A stretch of 20,814 nucleotides of DNA, from contig JBDHKN010000079.1 in assembly GCA_039586365.1 (NCBI GenBank), forward strand, positions 1 through 20,814, read 5' to 3'. Shown here in pieces: positions 1-9,494 of the stretch. The DNA comes from Gemmatimonadota bacterium (GTDB taxonomy: Bacteria > Gemmatimonadota > Gemmatimonadetes > Gemmatimonadales > GWC2-71-9). Below the pieces are notes generated by a model, which was not told the origin of the DNA, did not search any database, and saw only the letters and a program-made list of their open reading frames with translations. Every line of letters begins with the position of its first letter. The first letter of the stretch is position 1. A program made the translations under genes and the position numbers.

Positions 1-505
1 CGTGCTCGGTCAGGCTCGCGATGCCGAAGCAGAAGGCCGTGGGGGTCCCGGCGTGCTTGGCGACTTCGCTCAGATACCCGGACGTCCTGTCCACATAGTG
101 ATCTCTGGCCCTCTGTGCCATCGTTCGCGTGAGCAGCAACGCGAAGGTACGCTCGAACCGGCCTGCCCTATCTGCCTGTCTTGTCCGCGCGCTCAATTCC
201 TTCCCGAGCACGTTGAGCAGGTGGAGAGCGTCGTCGCCCGGCGTGCCAGATGCGACCGCTTTCTCGACATGGTCGACCGTCATTGTGACCAAGCAAGCCG
301 GGAAGATCTGGAACTCATTCACACTCGTCTGTGCCGACACGTCGACGAGGAACCTCACGAACTGCATGATGGTGGGCAGTGTGTAAAGTCCTGTGTCGTC
401 GTCGTGCTGGAACAGACCCTCGTACTGGCGATATGTCTCACCCGTCCCATGCCCCTCGTAGGATGTCAGGCGCGTGAGCTCGGCGGAACGTCTGTCCTGG
501 ACCAT
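1..505 (-). CDS. Degenerate GGDEF (diguanylate cyclase-like) domain protein, 3' end runs off the window
   Basis: Manual translation from ATG at 505 is open for 168 codons to the window edge: MVQDRRSAEL...HDDDTGLYT...CLVTMTVDHV...GDDALHLLNVLGKELSARTRQADRAGRFERTFALLL...FCFGIAS. This follows the GGDEF motif order DxLTGLxN / DID / GD..L / RxxD..R.GGDEF / SIGVA. The nearest in-frame stop upstream is at 581-583. Confidence 0.75.
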   Translation of the reverse strand, partial: MVQDRRSAELTRLTSYEGHGTGETYRQYEGLFQHDDDTGLYTLPTIMQFVRFLVDVSAQTSVNEFQIFPACLVTMTVDHVEKAVASGTPGDDALHLLNVLGKELSARTRQADRAGRFERTFALLLTRTMAQRARDHYVDRTSGYLSEVAKHAGTPTAFCFGIASLTEH

Positions 506-761
506 GCGAAATGATACGTTAGGGTTGTGGTGCCAGCGCAACCGCTGGTTTGCGGAACTTCGCACGGTTACGGAGATCCATCAAGCGGTTGTCTTATCAC
601 TACAAACTCGACGGGAGTCCTCGACGTCCCGGCGGGTCAGACAGAATCGGTGCCAGAGCCAGGTGCATGACTCGTAATTGCAGTGGATGCCGGTATCAGC
701 GGTGATGGCTCACCTTGCCTTCAAGCAGCCGAGTCGACCCAAGCCAGACGCCCACCCCCTT

Positions 762-1673
762 TCATCTGATCGTCTTCGGTCCCGCTTGCCGTGCGGCTAC
801 AGCAGCCACCGCGTCCGTCACCTTAGCCATGAACCCGAAATCCAGCGTCCCGATACCATCTGTAGCACGATGGTAGTTTGGGTTTCGCAGAAAGGCCGTG
901 TCGGTGAGCATGAGCGCCGGGTAACCCACGTCCCAGAATGAGGCGTTGTCCGAGAGCCGCGTATCGGGCACGAGCCACCCGTTGAGCGGCGTTCGGAACG
1001 TTACCACCTGGAGATCCGGAACCGCAGCTCGGGCGATGCCTGAAAACGTCCGCAGCAGCTTCACCGATCGGCGGTGGCCCGTCGCCGCCAGGAACGTACC
1101 GGTCTTCGGCACTCGCTTCCAGAGCAGCAGCGCTGGCACGCTCTGGCTTCCGCGCGTCGAATCCGTGTAGCCGACCATCTCTAGCACGAACACAGCGGCA
1201 TACCTGACGCCGCGACGCCGGGCATCCGCAGCGTACGCACGACTGCCGACCCGGTACGTGAACCCCTGCGGCTCCTCGAGGTTGAAGCCGACGAATTCCA
1301 CGATCGCGTCAAGTTCTAACTCCGCGAGGAGTCGGGCGGTCTCGAGCATCGCGGCAACCCCGCTCGCGTTGTCATCGGCTCCAGGAGTCCCCACCACCGT
1401 GTCGAAATGCGCGCCGACGAGGATGCGCGGCTGGTCAGGGATCGTTGCGGCAGCCGCCCCGACGATATTGTAGTGGCGACGGCCGCGAAATGTGAATGCC
1501 TGGCGCTCCACGTTGAGTCCTACAGCGGCCAGGTGGTCGGCCACAAACTCACCGGCTGCGGCGAGGGCCGAGGGAGAGACATCGGGATGCCGTTCGCCTG
1601 CGAGCGCGGCGACATGCGCACGGAGCCGCACTGGATCAGCGTGCGTGATCATCACGCTGAAACTTACCTGCAT
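762..1673 (-). CDS. M28 family metallopeptidase
   Basis: Motifs GAHFDT, PGADDNASG, FNLEE, LEMVGY, SDNASF and NYHRATD are typical M28 zinc ligands. Start is uncertain: ATG 1673 or 1652, with the ORF open up to 1745. Confidence 0.9.
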   Translation of the reverse strand: MQVSFSVMITHADPVRLRAHVAALAGERHPDVSPSALAAAGEFVADHLAAVGLNVERQAFTFRGRRHYNIVGAAAATIPDQPRILVGAHFDTVVGTPGADDNASGVAAMLETARLLAELELDAIVEFVGFNLEEPQGFTYRVGSRAYAADARRRGVRYAAVFVLEMVGYTDSTRGSQSVPALLLWKRVPKTGTFLAATGHRRSVKLLRTFSGIARAAVPDLQVVTFRTPLNGWLVPDTRLSDNASFWDVGYPALMLTDTAFLRNPNYHRATDGIGTLDFGFMAKVTDAVAAVAARQAGPKTIR

Positions 1674-1734
1674 GGCTCTCTTGTGTGCACGCCGGAAGCT
1701 GACGGCTTCTAGCCGCCTGCTGACATAGGCACGG

Positions 1735-3990
1735 CTACCAGACAAACGTATGCGTGTATTTTACGGCGACTGTGCGGTTGTCAGTCAGCGGCAATGCAGG
1801 TTCCTGCCCGTCACGATTCGTATTCAGCCCTTCGTTGTATACCAACCAGAGGTCATTGCCTTCGCGGATGTTGTAGCGGAGCCGCACGTTTGCAGCGGCG
1901 TATTCGCTCACGTTGCTGAATTGAAGGAACGCTCGCAAAGAGACCTTGGTGTTCACCGCCGAATTCGCCCGCAGCGAGAAGATATGCGAGTCGAATCCCT
2001 GGTCCCGATCGGGAAACCGCACCATGTCGAACGTGTATCCGACGTACAACCCGATGTGTCGCGACAGGTTCAACCTGGGTGCCATCCATACGTTGCCGCG
2101 CCAACCGTCGTAGAACTGCTGTACCCCGCCGCCGAGTGAAGTTCGCAACAACCTTCCCGGAGGCGTGGTGTAGTCGAACTCGAAACGGGGGAACCAGTAG
2201 CTGCCAGCAGGGATGAACGTCTCGCGCGGGAAGTCGAGCTGGTCCGGCAAATCCTCGTAGTACAGCTCCACATCCAATCCCAAGCGGGATTCTGATTTCC
2301 AGATGAAGTCGAGGTCGTGCTCGACGAAGGCAGACTCTACGCTGCCGTCTTCGTTTCTCAGCGCCACAGATCCGAATAGCTGGAACGGGTCGACCCTACG
2401 GAAGGGCCCGTCGCCTGCCGGGTAATGGAAGAACGCAAAGGAGTAGAAGAAGTCGGTGAAGTTCTGCCGATTGACGAATCCCACTTCGGGTTTGTAGTCG
2501 GAGCCGAATCTCCTTGCCCTCAAGAAGTACTGAAAGCCCCGTTCCCGGGCCCGCATCAGGTCCACTCGCAGCGCGGCGGACTCGGCAAAGTTGAAGCCAG
2601 TATCCGATATCAGGTCATCGTCGAACGTCTGAGCCCAGCGAAACAAGAGGTAGTCGTCGCCTGCAATGCGGAACGTGCCGTCCAACCCGTAGCCCACATT
2701 GTAGGAACCGTCATCGCCTAAGCGGGTCGTGAGCATTGCACCGGCATTCGAGTAGTCGTTGAACACGCGCCGCCGCACCCGCGCTACGCCGAAGTTCTCG
2801 GAGGGCAAATCGGCGGACCGCTCCGTCTGCAAGTCGAGAAAACCAACGTCCCAATCCCCCACCCTGCCCACCATCCTGGCACCCCCCAAGATGCGAACCG
2901 CGTCGCCCTCGTGCAGTCCGATGCGCCTGCTGTAGAACAGCCGCGTCGCATCGCCGGTAGAGAAGTCGAAGATGCCGGATCGTTCTTGGAAGAACTGACG
3001 TTGCTCCGGATAGAACAGAGAGAAGCGCGTCAGGTTGACCTGAAAACCGTCTGCCTCTACTTGAGCGAAATCGGTGTTGGCAGTGAGGTCGAGCGTGAGA
3101 TTGCTGGTTAGGCTGTATCGCAGGTCCACGCCGACCTCGACTTGCTCCTCGCTGTCGAGGCGGTACGCGTTCTCTGCGTCATTCAATGAGGACGTCTGCC
3201 CTACCCCACTCAGCACGTACGGTGTCACGTACACGGGCTTGTGTGCAATGACACCCTCCAGCACCGCATCCCGCGCCAGCGAAGGTCTCAGGTTGTCGAA
3301 CTCCGGAGAGATCTCCGGAAAGACCTGTCTCTCGTTCTTGCGAGGGACATAACGGTATGCCGAAATGCCCATCTCCACACGGCCGCCAGCGGATTGAAAC
3401 CCCAGACTCGAGAACGGTATCCGCATCTCAGCGAACCAACCCTCGGAGGTCTGCACCGCGGCGACATCCCAGTGAGCATTCCAATCACCGTTCCACACCC
3501 CTTGTCCATCACCACCGATCGATACGTCCCCCCGTACACCGGCCGGTGTGGTCCAAAACCACAGACCGATGTCGTTGTCGTTGAACGGATCGATCAACAC
3601 GCCGAAGGTATCGTCGCCACTCAAGCCATCCCGGTATAGCGAGTTGACACGAATGGCGGACGGCTCCGAGTCGTAGCAGCGCCCTGAGACGTAGAGGTGA
3701 TAGTCGTCGTGGGCGACCCGAATCTCGGTGTGTTCGGTGAGATCGCCTCGAAAAGTCGGTGTGTACATCGACATTGGAAATGGATCCACGCCCTGCCAGG
3801 CAGACTCGTTGCTCAGACCGTCCAGCTCGACGACACCTCGGATCCTCGGTACAGTGAAGACAGCCTCGTTTACGTGGGTCGCCGATACAGGCGGCTCTTG
3901 CGCCGAGAGTTCCCAGCTGCAAAGCGGCATGGCAACCACCACAGCCGTGGCGTATCCCAACAGCTTCCTGATCATCTCTTGTGAAAGCAT
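1735..3990 (-). CDS. Carbohydrate-binding family 9-like / DUF5916 domain outer-membrane protein
   Basis: N-terminal signal peptide; LDGLSNESAW...EMRIPFSSL CBM9-like region; LTLDLTANTDFAQVEAD...NLTRFSLFYPEQRQFFQE and LFYSRRIG match DUF5916 signatures; amphipathic beta strands ending in KYTHTFVW. Confidence 0.88.
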   Translation of the reverse strand: MLSQEMIRKLLGYATAVVVAMPLCSWELSAQEPPVSATHVNEAVFTVPRIRGVVELDGLSNESAWQGVDPFPMSMYTPTFRGDLTEHTEIRVAHDDYHLYVSGRCYDSEPSAIRVNSLYRDGLSGDDTFGVLIDPFNDNDIGLWFWTTPAGVRGDVSIGGDGQGVWNGDWNAHWDVAAVQTSEGWFAEMRIPFSSLGFQSAGGRVEMGISAYRYVPRKNERQVFPEISPEFDNLRPSLARDAVLEGVIAHKPVYVTPYVLSGVGQTSSLNDAENAYRLDSEEQVEVGVDLRYSLTSNLTLDLTANTDFAQVEADGFQVNLTRFSLFYPEQRQFFQERSGIFDFSTGDATRLFYSRRIGLHEGDAVRILGGARMVGRVGDWDVGFLDLQTERSADLPSENFGVARVRRRVFNDYSNAGAMLTTRLGDDGSYNVGYGLDGTFRIAGDDYLLFRWAQTFDDDLISDTGFNFAESAALRVDLMRARERGFQYFLRARRFGSDYKPEVGFVNRQNFTDFFYSFAFFHYPAGDGPFRRVDPFQLFGSVALRNEDGSVESAFVEHDLDFIWKSESRLGLDVELYYEDLPDQLDFPRETFIPAGSYWFPRFEFDYTTPPGRLLRTSLGGGVQQFYDGWRGNVWMAPRLNLSRHIGLYVGYTFDMVRFPDRDQGFDSHIFSLRANSAVNTKVSLRAFLQFSNVSEYAAANVRLRYNIREGNDLWLVYNEGLNTNRDGQEPALPLTDNRTVAVKYTHTFVW

Positions 3991-4031
3991 TCTTTCAGTT
4001 CACCGCAACAGAAAGGGCACTGGCCACCAAG

Positions 4032-5861
4032 CTAGTGCCGCGACGGATTGATCTCATCCAAAGCCCACACCGCCATAGCGCGAACGGCAGGATCGGGGTC
4101 GCGCAACGTGTCCAACAGCGGCTCGACGGCTCGATCGTCACCCCGAACCCCCAACCACTCGGCCGCAGCACAGCGGATGCTGGGATCAGCATCGCCGAGC
4201 GCATCCATGAGAGCGTCAAGATCGCGGGAGACTCGGCGAGCCGTGCCAGTTGTTCCCAGCCGTCCAGTCCACACTTGATCGTTGTCCCACCACCTGCGGC
4301 CGGTCTCCCTGATGAGCGCTCGTCTCTCCGCACGAGCCTCAGCGCCGATCTCGCCCAGTGCCCAGATAACCGGTTCCACCAGGTTCGCGTCTCTATCCAG
4401 TGCCTCCAGCAGCGGTGCGACGGCCGATTCGTGCTCGATCTCTCCCAGGGAAAGCACGGCCATCTCACGCACCAAGAGGTCTTCGTCTCCCAGCAGCTCG
4501 ATGAGCGGGATGATGGCCATCCGGTCTTTGACCTCACCGAGAGCCCAGGCGGAAACCAGGCGGACGTCGGCGTCGTCGTCCTCGAGATGCTCGATCAACG
4601 GCAGCACACCCTTCTCACTCTCCAGCTCACCCAACGCCCACGCCGCGAATCTCCTCACGCGGGCGTCCCGGTCATTCAGCTCTGCGATCCGCTGACTCAC
4701 CGGATCACTGCCCTGTATCACCGAGCGGATGACGTCCTTACCAGGCCGGACCACACCCCACAGGTCGAGGCTCGCCGTGGGTAGCACGAATGCCAGCCCC
4801 GCTAGCCCCACGATTATCAGTGCCAATCGTGACATCGGTCTGCGCTCCAATCCTTCAGTGAGAACACTCTTGATCCTTGTTGCCAGACTGGAGGGTTGTG
4901 CCATGGCAAATGCCCCCCGCGGGGCCAGCTGCAGATGTCCCCGTGCGATCTCGAGGAGGTGCCCAGCGTAGACGTCGGAGCGGACGCCAGCCTCCAGCGC
5001 CAGGTCGTCGCAGGCGCGCTCGCACTCAATCAAACCCCATCGGGCGGCAACCCAGACGAGCGGGTTAGCCCAGTAGAGAGGTCTTGCCAGTTCGGTCAGG
5101 AGGCGCGCTGCGTAATCGAATCGCTTGACATGGGCCAGCTCGTGTAGCAGCACCACGCGCTTTCTTTCCGCAGTCCAACCGTCCGCTGACTGCGGGAACA
5201 GCAGCACGGGAACGCTGAGACCCCACGACAGGGGCACGGAGACTTCGCCGCTAACCAGCACGCGTAGCTCTCGCCTGATCCCGAGACCTGCCATGAGGGA
5301 CACTACCACCGAACGAAACTCCGTCGAACACTCCGAGGCGCGTCCAGTGATCAGGTGTACCTGAAGGACGCCGAGCAGGAAGCGCCCTAGCACTACCACG
5401 ACTCCAGCACCCCACACGATCAACAGCAAGGCACCTATCGGTACGCGCGTACGCCCCGAAACGCCTTGGCCAACCCCAGCGACACGCTCCACAGGGTCCG
5501 CCGTACCGGCCCGGCTAACCGGATCACCTGCGGCGGCGAAGGAAGCTGACCGGTGCGTTCCTGACACCGTTGCGCGGCTGCATTCGTCTTCGGTACACGT
5601 CATGTCAGTCGGCTCATCCGTTGCCACAGCCACGTAAAGACCTGTCACCCTCCAGGCGGGGAGCGAGGTGGACAGCAATGGAAGAACCAGCAGGCTGCCG
5701 AACGCAACGGTCCACACAGCGTGTCGCGCTGAGGCCGAGTGGTCACGGAGGAACCACGCCACCAGCCCGGCGATTCCCAGCACGAGCGATCCCTTGATGA
5801 ATACGGCGACGGCTAGCTCGACGACCCAGCCTGCCACCGGATCAGCGATCATGTGACTCAT
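4032..5861 (-). CDS. BlaR1/MecR1-like M56 metallopeptidase signal transducer with C-terminal HEAT (PBS-lyase-like) repeats
   Basis: SASARHAVW, HELAHVKRFD (HExxH), ECERACDD and LATRIKSVL; about four hydrophobic helices; C-terminal D.D..VR..AAWALGE repeats. Likely start is ATG 5861 or 5852, overlapping the BlaI stop. Confidence 0.93.
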   Translation of the reverse strand: MSHMIADPVAGWVVELAVAVFIKGSLVLGIAGLVAWFLRDHSASARHAVWTVAFGSLLVLPLLSTSLPAWRVTGLYVAVATDEPTDMTCTEDECSRATVSGTHRSASFAAAGDPVSRAGTADPVERVAGVGQGVSGRTRVPIGALLLIVWGAGVVVVLGRFLLGVLQVHLITGRASECSTEFRSVVVSLMAGLGIRRELRVLVSGEVSVPLSWGLSVPVLLFPQSADGWTAERKRVVLLHELAHVKRFDYAARLLTELARPLYWANPLVWVAARWGLIECERACDDLALEAGVRSDVYAGHLLEIARGHLQLAPRGAFAMAQPSSLATRIKSVLTEGLERRPMSRLALIIVGLAGLAFVLPTASLDLWGVVRPGKDVIRSVIQGSDPVSQRIAELNDRDARVRRFAAWALGELESEKGVLPLIEHLEDDDADVRLVSAWALGEVKDRMAIIPLIELLGDEDLLVREMAVLSLGEIEHESAVAPLLEALDRDANLVEPVIWALGEIGAEARAERRALIRETGRRWWDNDQVWTGRLGTTGTARRVSRDLDALMDALGDADPSIRCAAAEWLGVRGDDRAVEPLLDTLRDPDPAVRAMAVWALDEINPSRH

Positions 5862-6237
5862 GCGACCTTCTCGCTTCCTCGACCCAATCGGCAATCTCGT
5901 CCAATTCGTCCTTGGAGAGCCGCGACATCCCCAGCAGCGCCAACACGGCCCTCTTCGGTGATCCGCGGAAGAATGTGCGAATCAAACCGCGAATCGCGGA
6001 GCGCGATGCCGCCCGGTGGGGAACCGTGGGACTGTAGACGTAGCGTCGCCCGTCTTGCCGGTGCTTGATGTGGCCCTTCTTTTCCAGAATCCGCAGGGTC
6101 ACCCGCACAGAGTCGTGCCCGCCCTTCTGGCTCACCTGCTTTGCCACCTCCGCCGCACCGGCCTCGCCGCTGCCGTACAGGACATTCATGATCTCCCGCT
6201 CCAGCGGGCTCAGTCGGGCGTGTTCAGATTTCGTCAC
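5842..6237 (-). CDS. BlaI/MecI/CopY family transcriptional repressor
   Basis: LSPLEREIMNVLY, SVRVTLRILEKKGHI, DGRRYVYSP and FFRGS..AVLALL..LSKDELDEI; directly upstream of the M56 gene; GTG start. Confidence 0.95.
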   Translation of the reverse strand: MTKSEHARLSPLEREIMNVLYGSGEAGAAEVAKQVSQKGGHDSVRVTLRILEKKGHIKHRQDGRRYVYSPTVPHRAASRSAIRGLIRTFFRGSPKRAVLALLGMSRLSKDELDEIADWVEEARRSHESHDR

Positions 6238-6283
6238 CGGCAGTCTATGGGTTCAAGGTGGAACGATAAGAAAAAATCTTTTC

Positions 6284-6322
6284 ATACGTACGTATTATGT
6301 GTATTTGGAATATACATGTCAA
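6284..6322 (-). promoter_or_regulatory. sigma70 promoter of the BlaI operon with overlapping palindromic operators
   Basis: Minus strand TTGACA (6322-6317), 17-nt spacer, CATAAT (6299-6294). Perfect palindrome ATACGTACGTAT at 6284-6295 and imperfect inverted repeat ATGTGTATT-tgg-AATATACAT at 6297-6317, in an AT-rich island. Confidence 0.8.
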
Positions 6323-6436
6323 GAGGGGGGAAACGTTGACCGAGGTATTAGCGAGAGGATGCGAAGCACCTCACGGCAACGTTGACAGCCTTCGCATAAC
6401 GGGTGAACTGCCAACGGCTGTACCGCCGGTCTCTTG

Positions 6437-9208
6437 TCACGGCACCGCTCCCCTGGCTCCCGCCACCCGACGAGTCTCCGCCTCGTGCTCATCCAGCGGG
6501 ACGCCCTCGGTGATCCACTCGGGAGCAGGTTCGCCTTTCAGGTAGTGGCCGAACCACTCTAGGATCCGCCGGTGGTAGTCGATCTGATTCGGCTTCTTGC
6601 GGAAGCCGTGGTCCTCTCCCTCGTATACGAGTAGCACCATGTGCTTGCCGGCGCGACGGGCGAAGTTGTAGAACTCCGTTCCCTGATCCCAGTCCACGGT
6701 ACCGTCGTCGTCGCCGAACGCCATCAGGAGCGGCGTCTCCATTTCATGGACTTTGTGGATCGGCGAGTTCCGGTGGTGCGCCTCCGGGTCCTCCCAATAC
6801 GGTACCTCCATGCGGCCCTGGCCGGTTTCCCAGTGTGCCGTCTCCGGCATGCCGGGCCTCCAATGGAACTGCCCCATGAAACTCACGAAATCGGTCAGAG
6901 GCGCACCCGCGACGGATGCCGCGAAGATGTCGGTCCGCGTGGGAAGGAATGTGGCCTGATAGCCGCCCCATGAGTGGCCAATCAGTCCAACACGATCTGC
7001 GTCGACCAGTCCCAGTTCGACTACCCTCGCCACGGCAGGGCGAACGGCCTCCAGCGCGCTTACTCCAGGGTCGCGCCAGCGGTACACGATGTCCGGTTGG
7101 AGGACGAAATACCCCTGCTGGGTCCAGGCGGTGAAGTTGTAGTAGTCCCGCTCGCTGGGAGACTCGTATGTATGTACCCGCGGCGAGAGGATCTCGTAGG
7201 TGTACACGATCATCGGATAGCGGCGCCCGGGCTCGTGGTTGGCCGGATACAGTAGCGATCCCTGCAGCCGCCGCCCCGTTTCGCTGGTGTACTCGATCAA
7301 CTCCGCGTGGCCCCAGGCAAAATCCGCCTGGAACATGTTCGTGCTCGTGACCTGGCGCGGTGAATCGAGCGTCGGACCCGAGACGAACAGGTCAGGTGAG
7401 TCGTCGAACGCCTCGGAGCTGAATAGGTACACTTCGGCACTGTCCGCCTTGGCCAGCCGCCTGACGTACTTGTCGAGGAAGATGAGTCGCTCGGGTTCCC
7501 GGCCGAGGTGGAGCCGTGCATACCCGCGGCGCTCGCTCCACTCCCCCCTTAACGACAGGTAGATCGGTTCGTCTGGATCGAAGGTCGCAGACTCAGGGTC
7601 CAGCCGCACGATCCGGTGAATCACCTGTTCTTCGGCACCTCTAGTCAAGCGCTCGCCTCCCGATCCGTCCGGTGCGACCCGCCAAACGTCAAATTCATCA
7701 TACAGCAGCACTGCTTCGTCCCCTAGGAGCCAGCCACCGATCCCATGTGGCGGAATCAGGTCGGTGGGCGTGTCGTATGCTGTATCCGCGAACACGGCCG
7801 GGAGATTCTGGGTCAGGTTGGCCTGAGTGCCCGACCGGAGATCATGGGTCCAGTAGTCGGAGCCGTCGAACCACAGCAGGTAGTTGCCGTCTCCGCTCCC
7901 CCACGAGTAACGCACACGCTCCAGCGCCCTGCTCCGCTCTCCGCTCGCTAGGTCCACGGTCCAGACGTCGTGATATTGTCGGCCGAACATCATACCCCAC
8001 GGGTACGGCGCCGCAACGTCCTCTACGCCGAATCTCCACCCCTCCAATAGCTCTGCCTGCTCCATCAGACCCGTCCCCACCTGAACAGCGTCATTCCTGT
8101 CCGGGTCCCACACCGCGAGTAGTGTACGGCTCGAGTCACGCGACGCCTGCGCCTGCTGCATCGGGATGGTCCGGAGATCGGAGCTATGCCAGATCTGTAC
8201 ACCAGGCAGTTCCTCCGCTTCGTCCCTGTCGCCGGTGCCGGCCGAATCCGCTGCGAGCGAGGTGTCCTGCTGCGCTTCCTCATCCGGCTCGCTAGCTCGG
8301 ATTCCGAACGCGATGCGTCCGTCAACGGACCACTCGGGCCGCCGATGCCGCACTACCTCGAGTGTGTCGGGTATCCCGACCGCGGTGAGATCGAGCTCGA
8401 GCCGGCGCGCCTCACGGTGCAACCCCCGCCACGCCAGCAGCCGGTAGGTGGTCCTTGCCTCGCTTGCCGGCTCAACGGTTCGGAGCACCGCGAGATCGAA
8501 GCCGTCCTCGTGCCATGCCAACTGGGAATAGGACGAGGATGACGCGTCCAGACTCTGCAGTCGCCCCGATTCGGCATCGTAGACCTGAACGCCGTTACCG
8601 GCGTCGGTACCGGTCGCGAGCGCCAGAGCTAGCAGCGACCCAGTCTCGCTCCACGCGTACTCCGAGACATTCCCGAACGCGGCCTCCGTGCCAGCCGCGA
8701 GGTTCACCACACGGAGATCGCCGCCCTTGCCCTCCGGCTCCTCTGGTGCGTAGCCGAGCAACACCATGAACCTACCGGTCGCGTCGAAGGCGAAGTCGGA
8801 CACCGCTGCAAACTCACGCTTCGCTCCGCTCTCCAGTTCCACCAGCGCGACGCCGAGTCGCACTGGTTCGTCCTGTTTCTCGAGCCGCTCTCTCTCGGCG
8901 GGGGATATGCCGACCGTCCAGGCGAGCCAACGGCTGTCTGCGGAGAAGGCCGGGCCCGATCCCCATTTAGCGACGCGCGTGGTGTCGCGCCGCAACGATG
9001 CGATTCGGAGCTCGGATTCCTCGTTAGCGCGACCGATGCCGTAGGCCAGCCATTGGCCGTTAGCGGAGAGTGTCGCGCTGCCTAGCGACTCCCATTGGCC
9101 ATAGTCCTCCGGACTGACTGTGGGCCGTTGCTGGGCCACACCGGCGTTCAACGCTGCAGAGAGGAAAAAGACTGTTGCAGCCAGTGACCGCGTGCACAGG
9201 CGTTTCAT
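6437..9208 (-). CDS. Secreted S9 family (prolyl oligopeptidase / dipeptidyl aminopeptidase-like) serine peptidase
   Basis: Signal peptide, beta-propeller region, and catalytic triad motifs GHSWGGY, DDGTVD and GEDHG. Confidence 0.93.
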   Translation of the reverse strand: MKRLCTRSLAATVFFLSAALNAGVAQQRPTVSPEDYGQWESLGSATLSANGQWLAYGIGRANEESELRIASLRRDTTRVAKWGSGPAFSADSRWLAWTVGISPAERERLEKQDEPVRLGVALVELESGAKREFAAVSDFAFDATGRFMVLLGYAPEEPEGKGGDLRVVNLAAGTEAAFGNVSEYAWSETGSLLALALATGTDAGNGVQVYDAESGRLQSLDASSSSYSQLAWHEDGFDLAVLRTVEPASEARTTYRLLAWRGLHREARRLELDLTAVGIPDTLEVVRHRRPEWSVDGRIAFGIRASEPDEEAQQDTSLAADSAGTGDRDEAEELPGVQIWHSSDLRTIPMQQAQASRDSSRTLLAVWDPDRNDAVQVGTGLMEQAELLEGWRFGVEDVAAPYPWGMMFGRQYHDVWTVDLASGERSRALERVRYSWGSGDGNYLLWFDGSDYWTHDLRSGTQANLTQNLPAVFADTAYDTPTDLIPPHGIGGWLLGDEAVLLYDEFDVWRVAPDGSGGERLTRGAEEQVIHRIVRLDPESATFDPDEPIYLSLRGEWSERRGYARLHLGREPERLIFLDKYVRRLAKADSAEVYLFSSEAFDDSPDLFVSGPTLDSPRQVTSTNMFQADFAWGHAELIEYTSETGRRLQGSLLYPANHEPGRRYPMIVYTYEILSPRVHTYESPSERDYYNFTAWTQQGYFVLQPDIVYRWRDPGVSALEAVRPAVARVVELGLVDADRVGLIGHSWGGYQATFLPTRTDIFAASVAGAPLTDFVSFMGQFHWRPGMPETAHWETGQGRMEVPYWEDPEAHHRNSPIHKVHEMETPLLMAFGDDDGTVDWDQGTEFYNFARRAGKHMVLLVYEGEDHGFRKKPNQIDYHRRILEWFGHYLKGEPAPEWITEGVPLDEHEAETRRVAGARGAVP

Positions 9209-9494
9209 ATGACCGTCCGTTAGTTGGTGTCAGTGGCAGGTAAAGAGATCCCTTGCGGGATAGCCCACCCAATATGCTGTTCACTCGTGTTCAACCAGTC
9301 CGGTCTCGCCACGTGACAACGATGACCGCATTCCAAACTAGCCTCGGCCAGCGCCTCCGGAAGGGTGAGAAACCACTCGGCTGTGGAATCAGAGCAGAGC
9401 GCACGCCCGCACTCCGTGGCTCGCTGGACGCTACAACCGCCAAAAGCTAACCTTAGGTTTCCGGCCGACGAGATCTCAGAAAAGGCACCCCAGC

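Noticed and set aside
2..514. 170-aa plus-strand ORF in the track
   Set aside because: It is the antisense shadow of the minus-strand GGDEF-like gene and has no recognisable motifs.
519..556. Minus-strand GCAAA-CCAGCG-GTTG-CGCTGG...CCTAA resembling a c-di-GMP-I riboswitch upstream of the GGDEF-like gene
   Set aside because: The loop is not GNRA, the GACGCAAAG junction is absent and there is no room for the second stem. An Rfam RF01051 scan would settle it.
641..656. Possible sigma54 promoter on the minus strand (CTGGCACCGATTCTGT)
   Set aside because: The -24 element fits, but -12 reads CTGT instead of TTGC, losing the conserved GC.
3981..4784. 267-aa plus-strand ORF, and similar long antisense ORFs such as 9564-10391 and 19943-20632
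   Set aside because: Antisense shadows of well-supported genes caused by high-GC codon bias.
6332..6386. AACGTTGAC repeated at 6332 and 6378, containing TTGAC
   Set aside because: No -10 element at proper spacing and no plus-strand gene downstream; likely chance.
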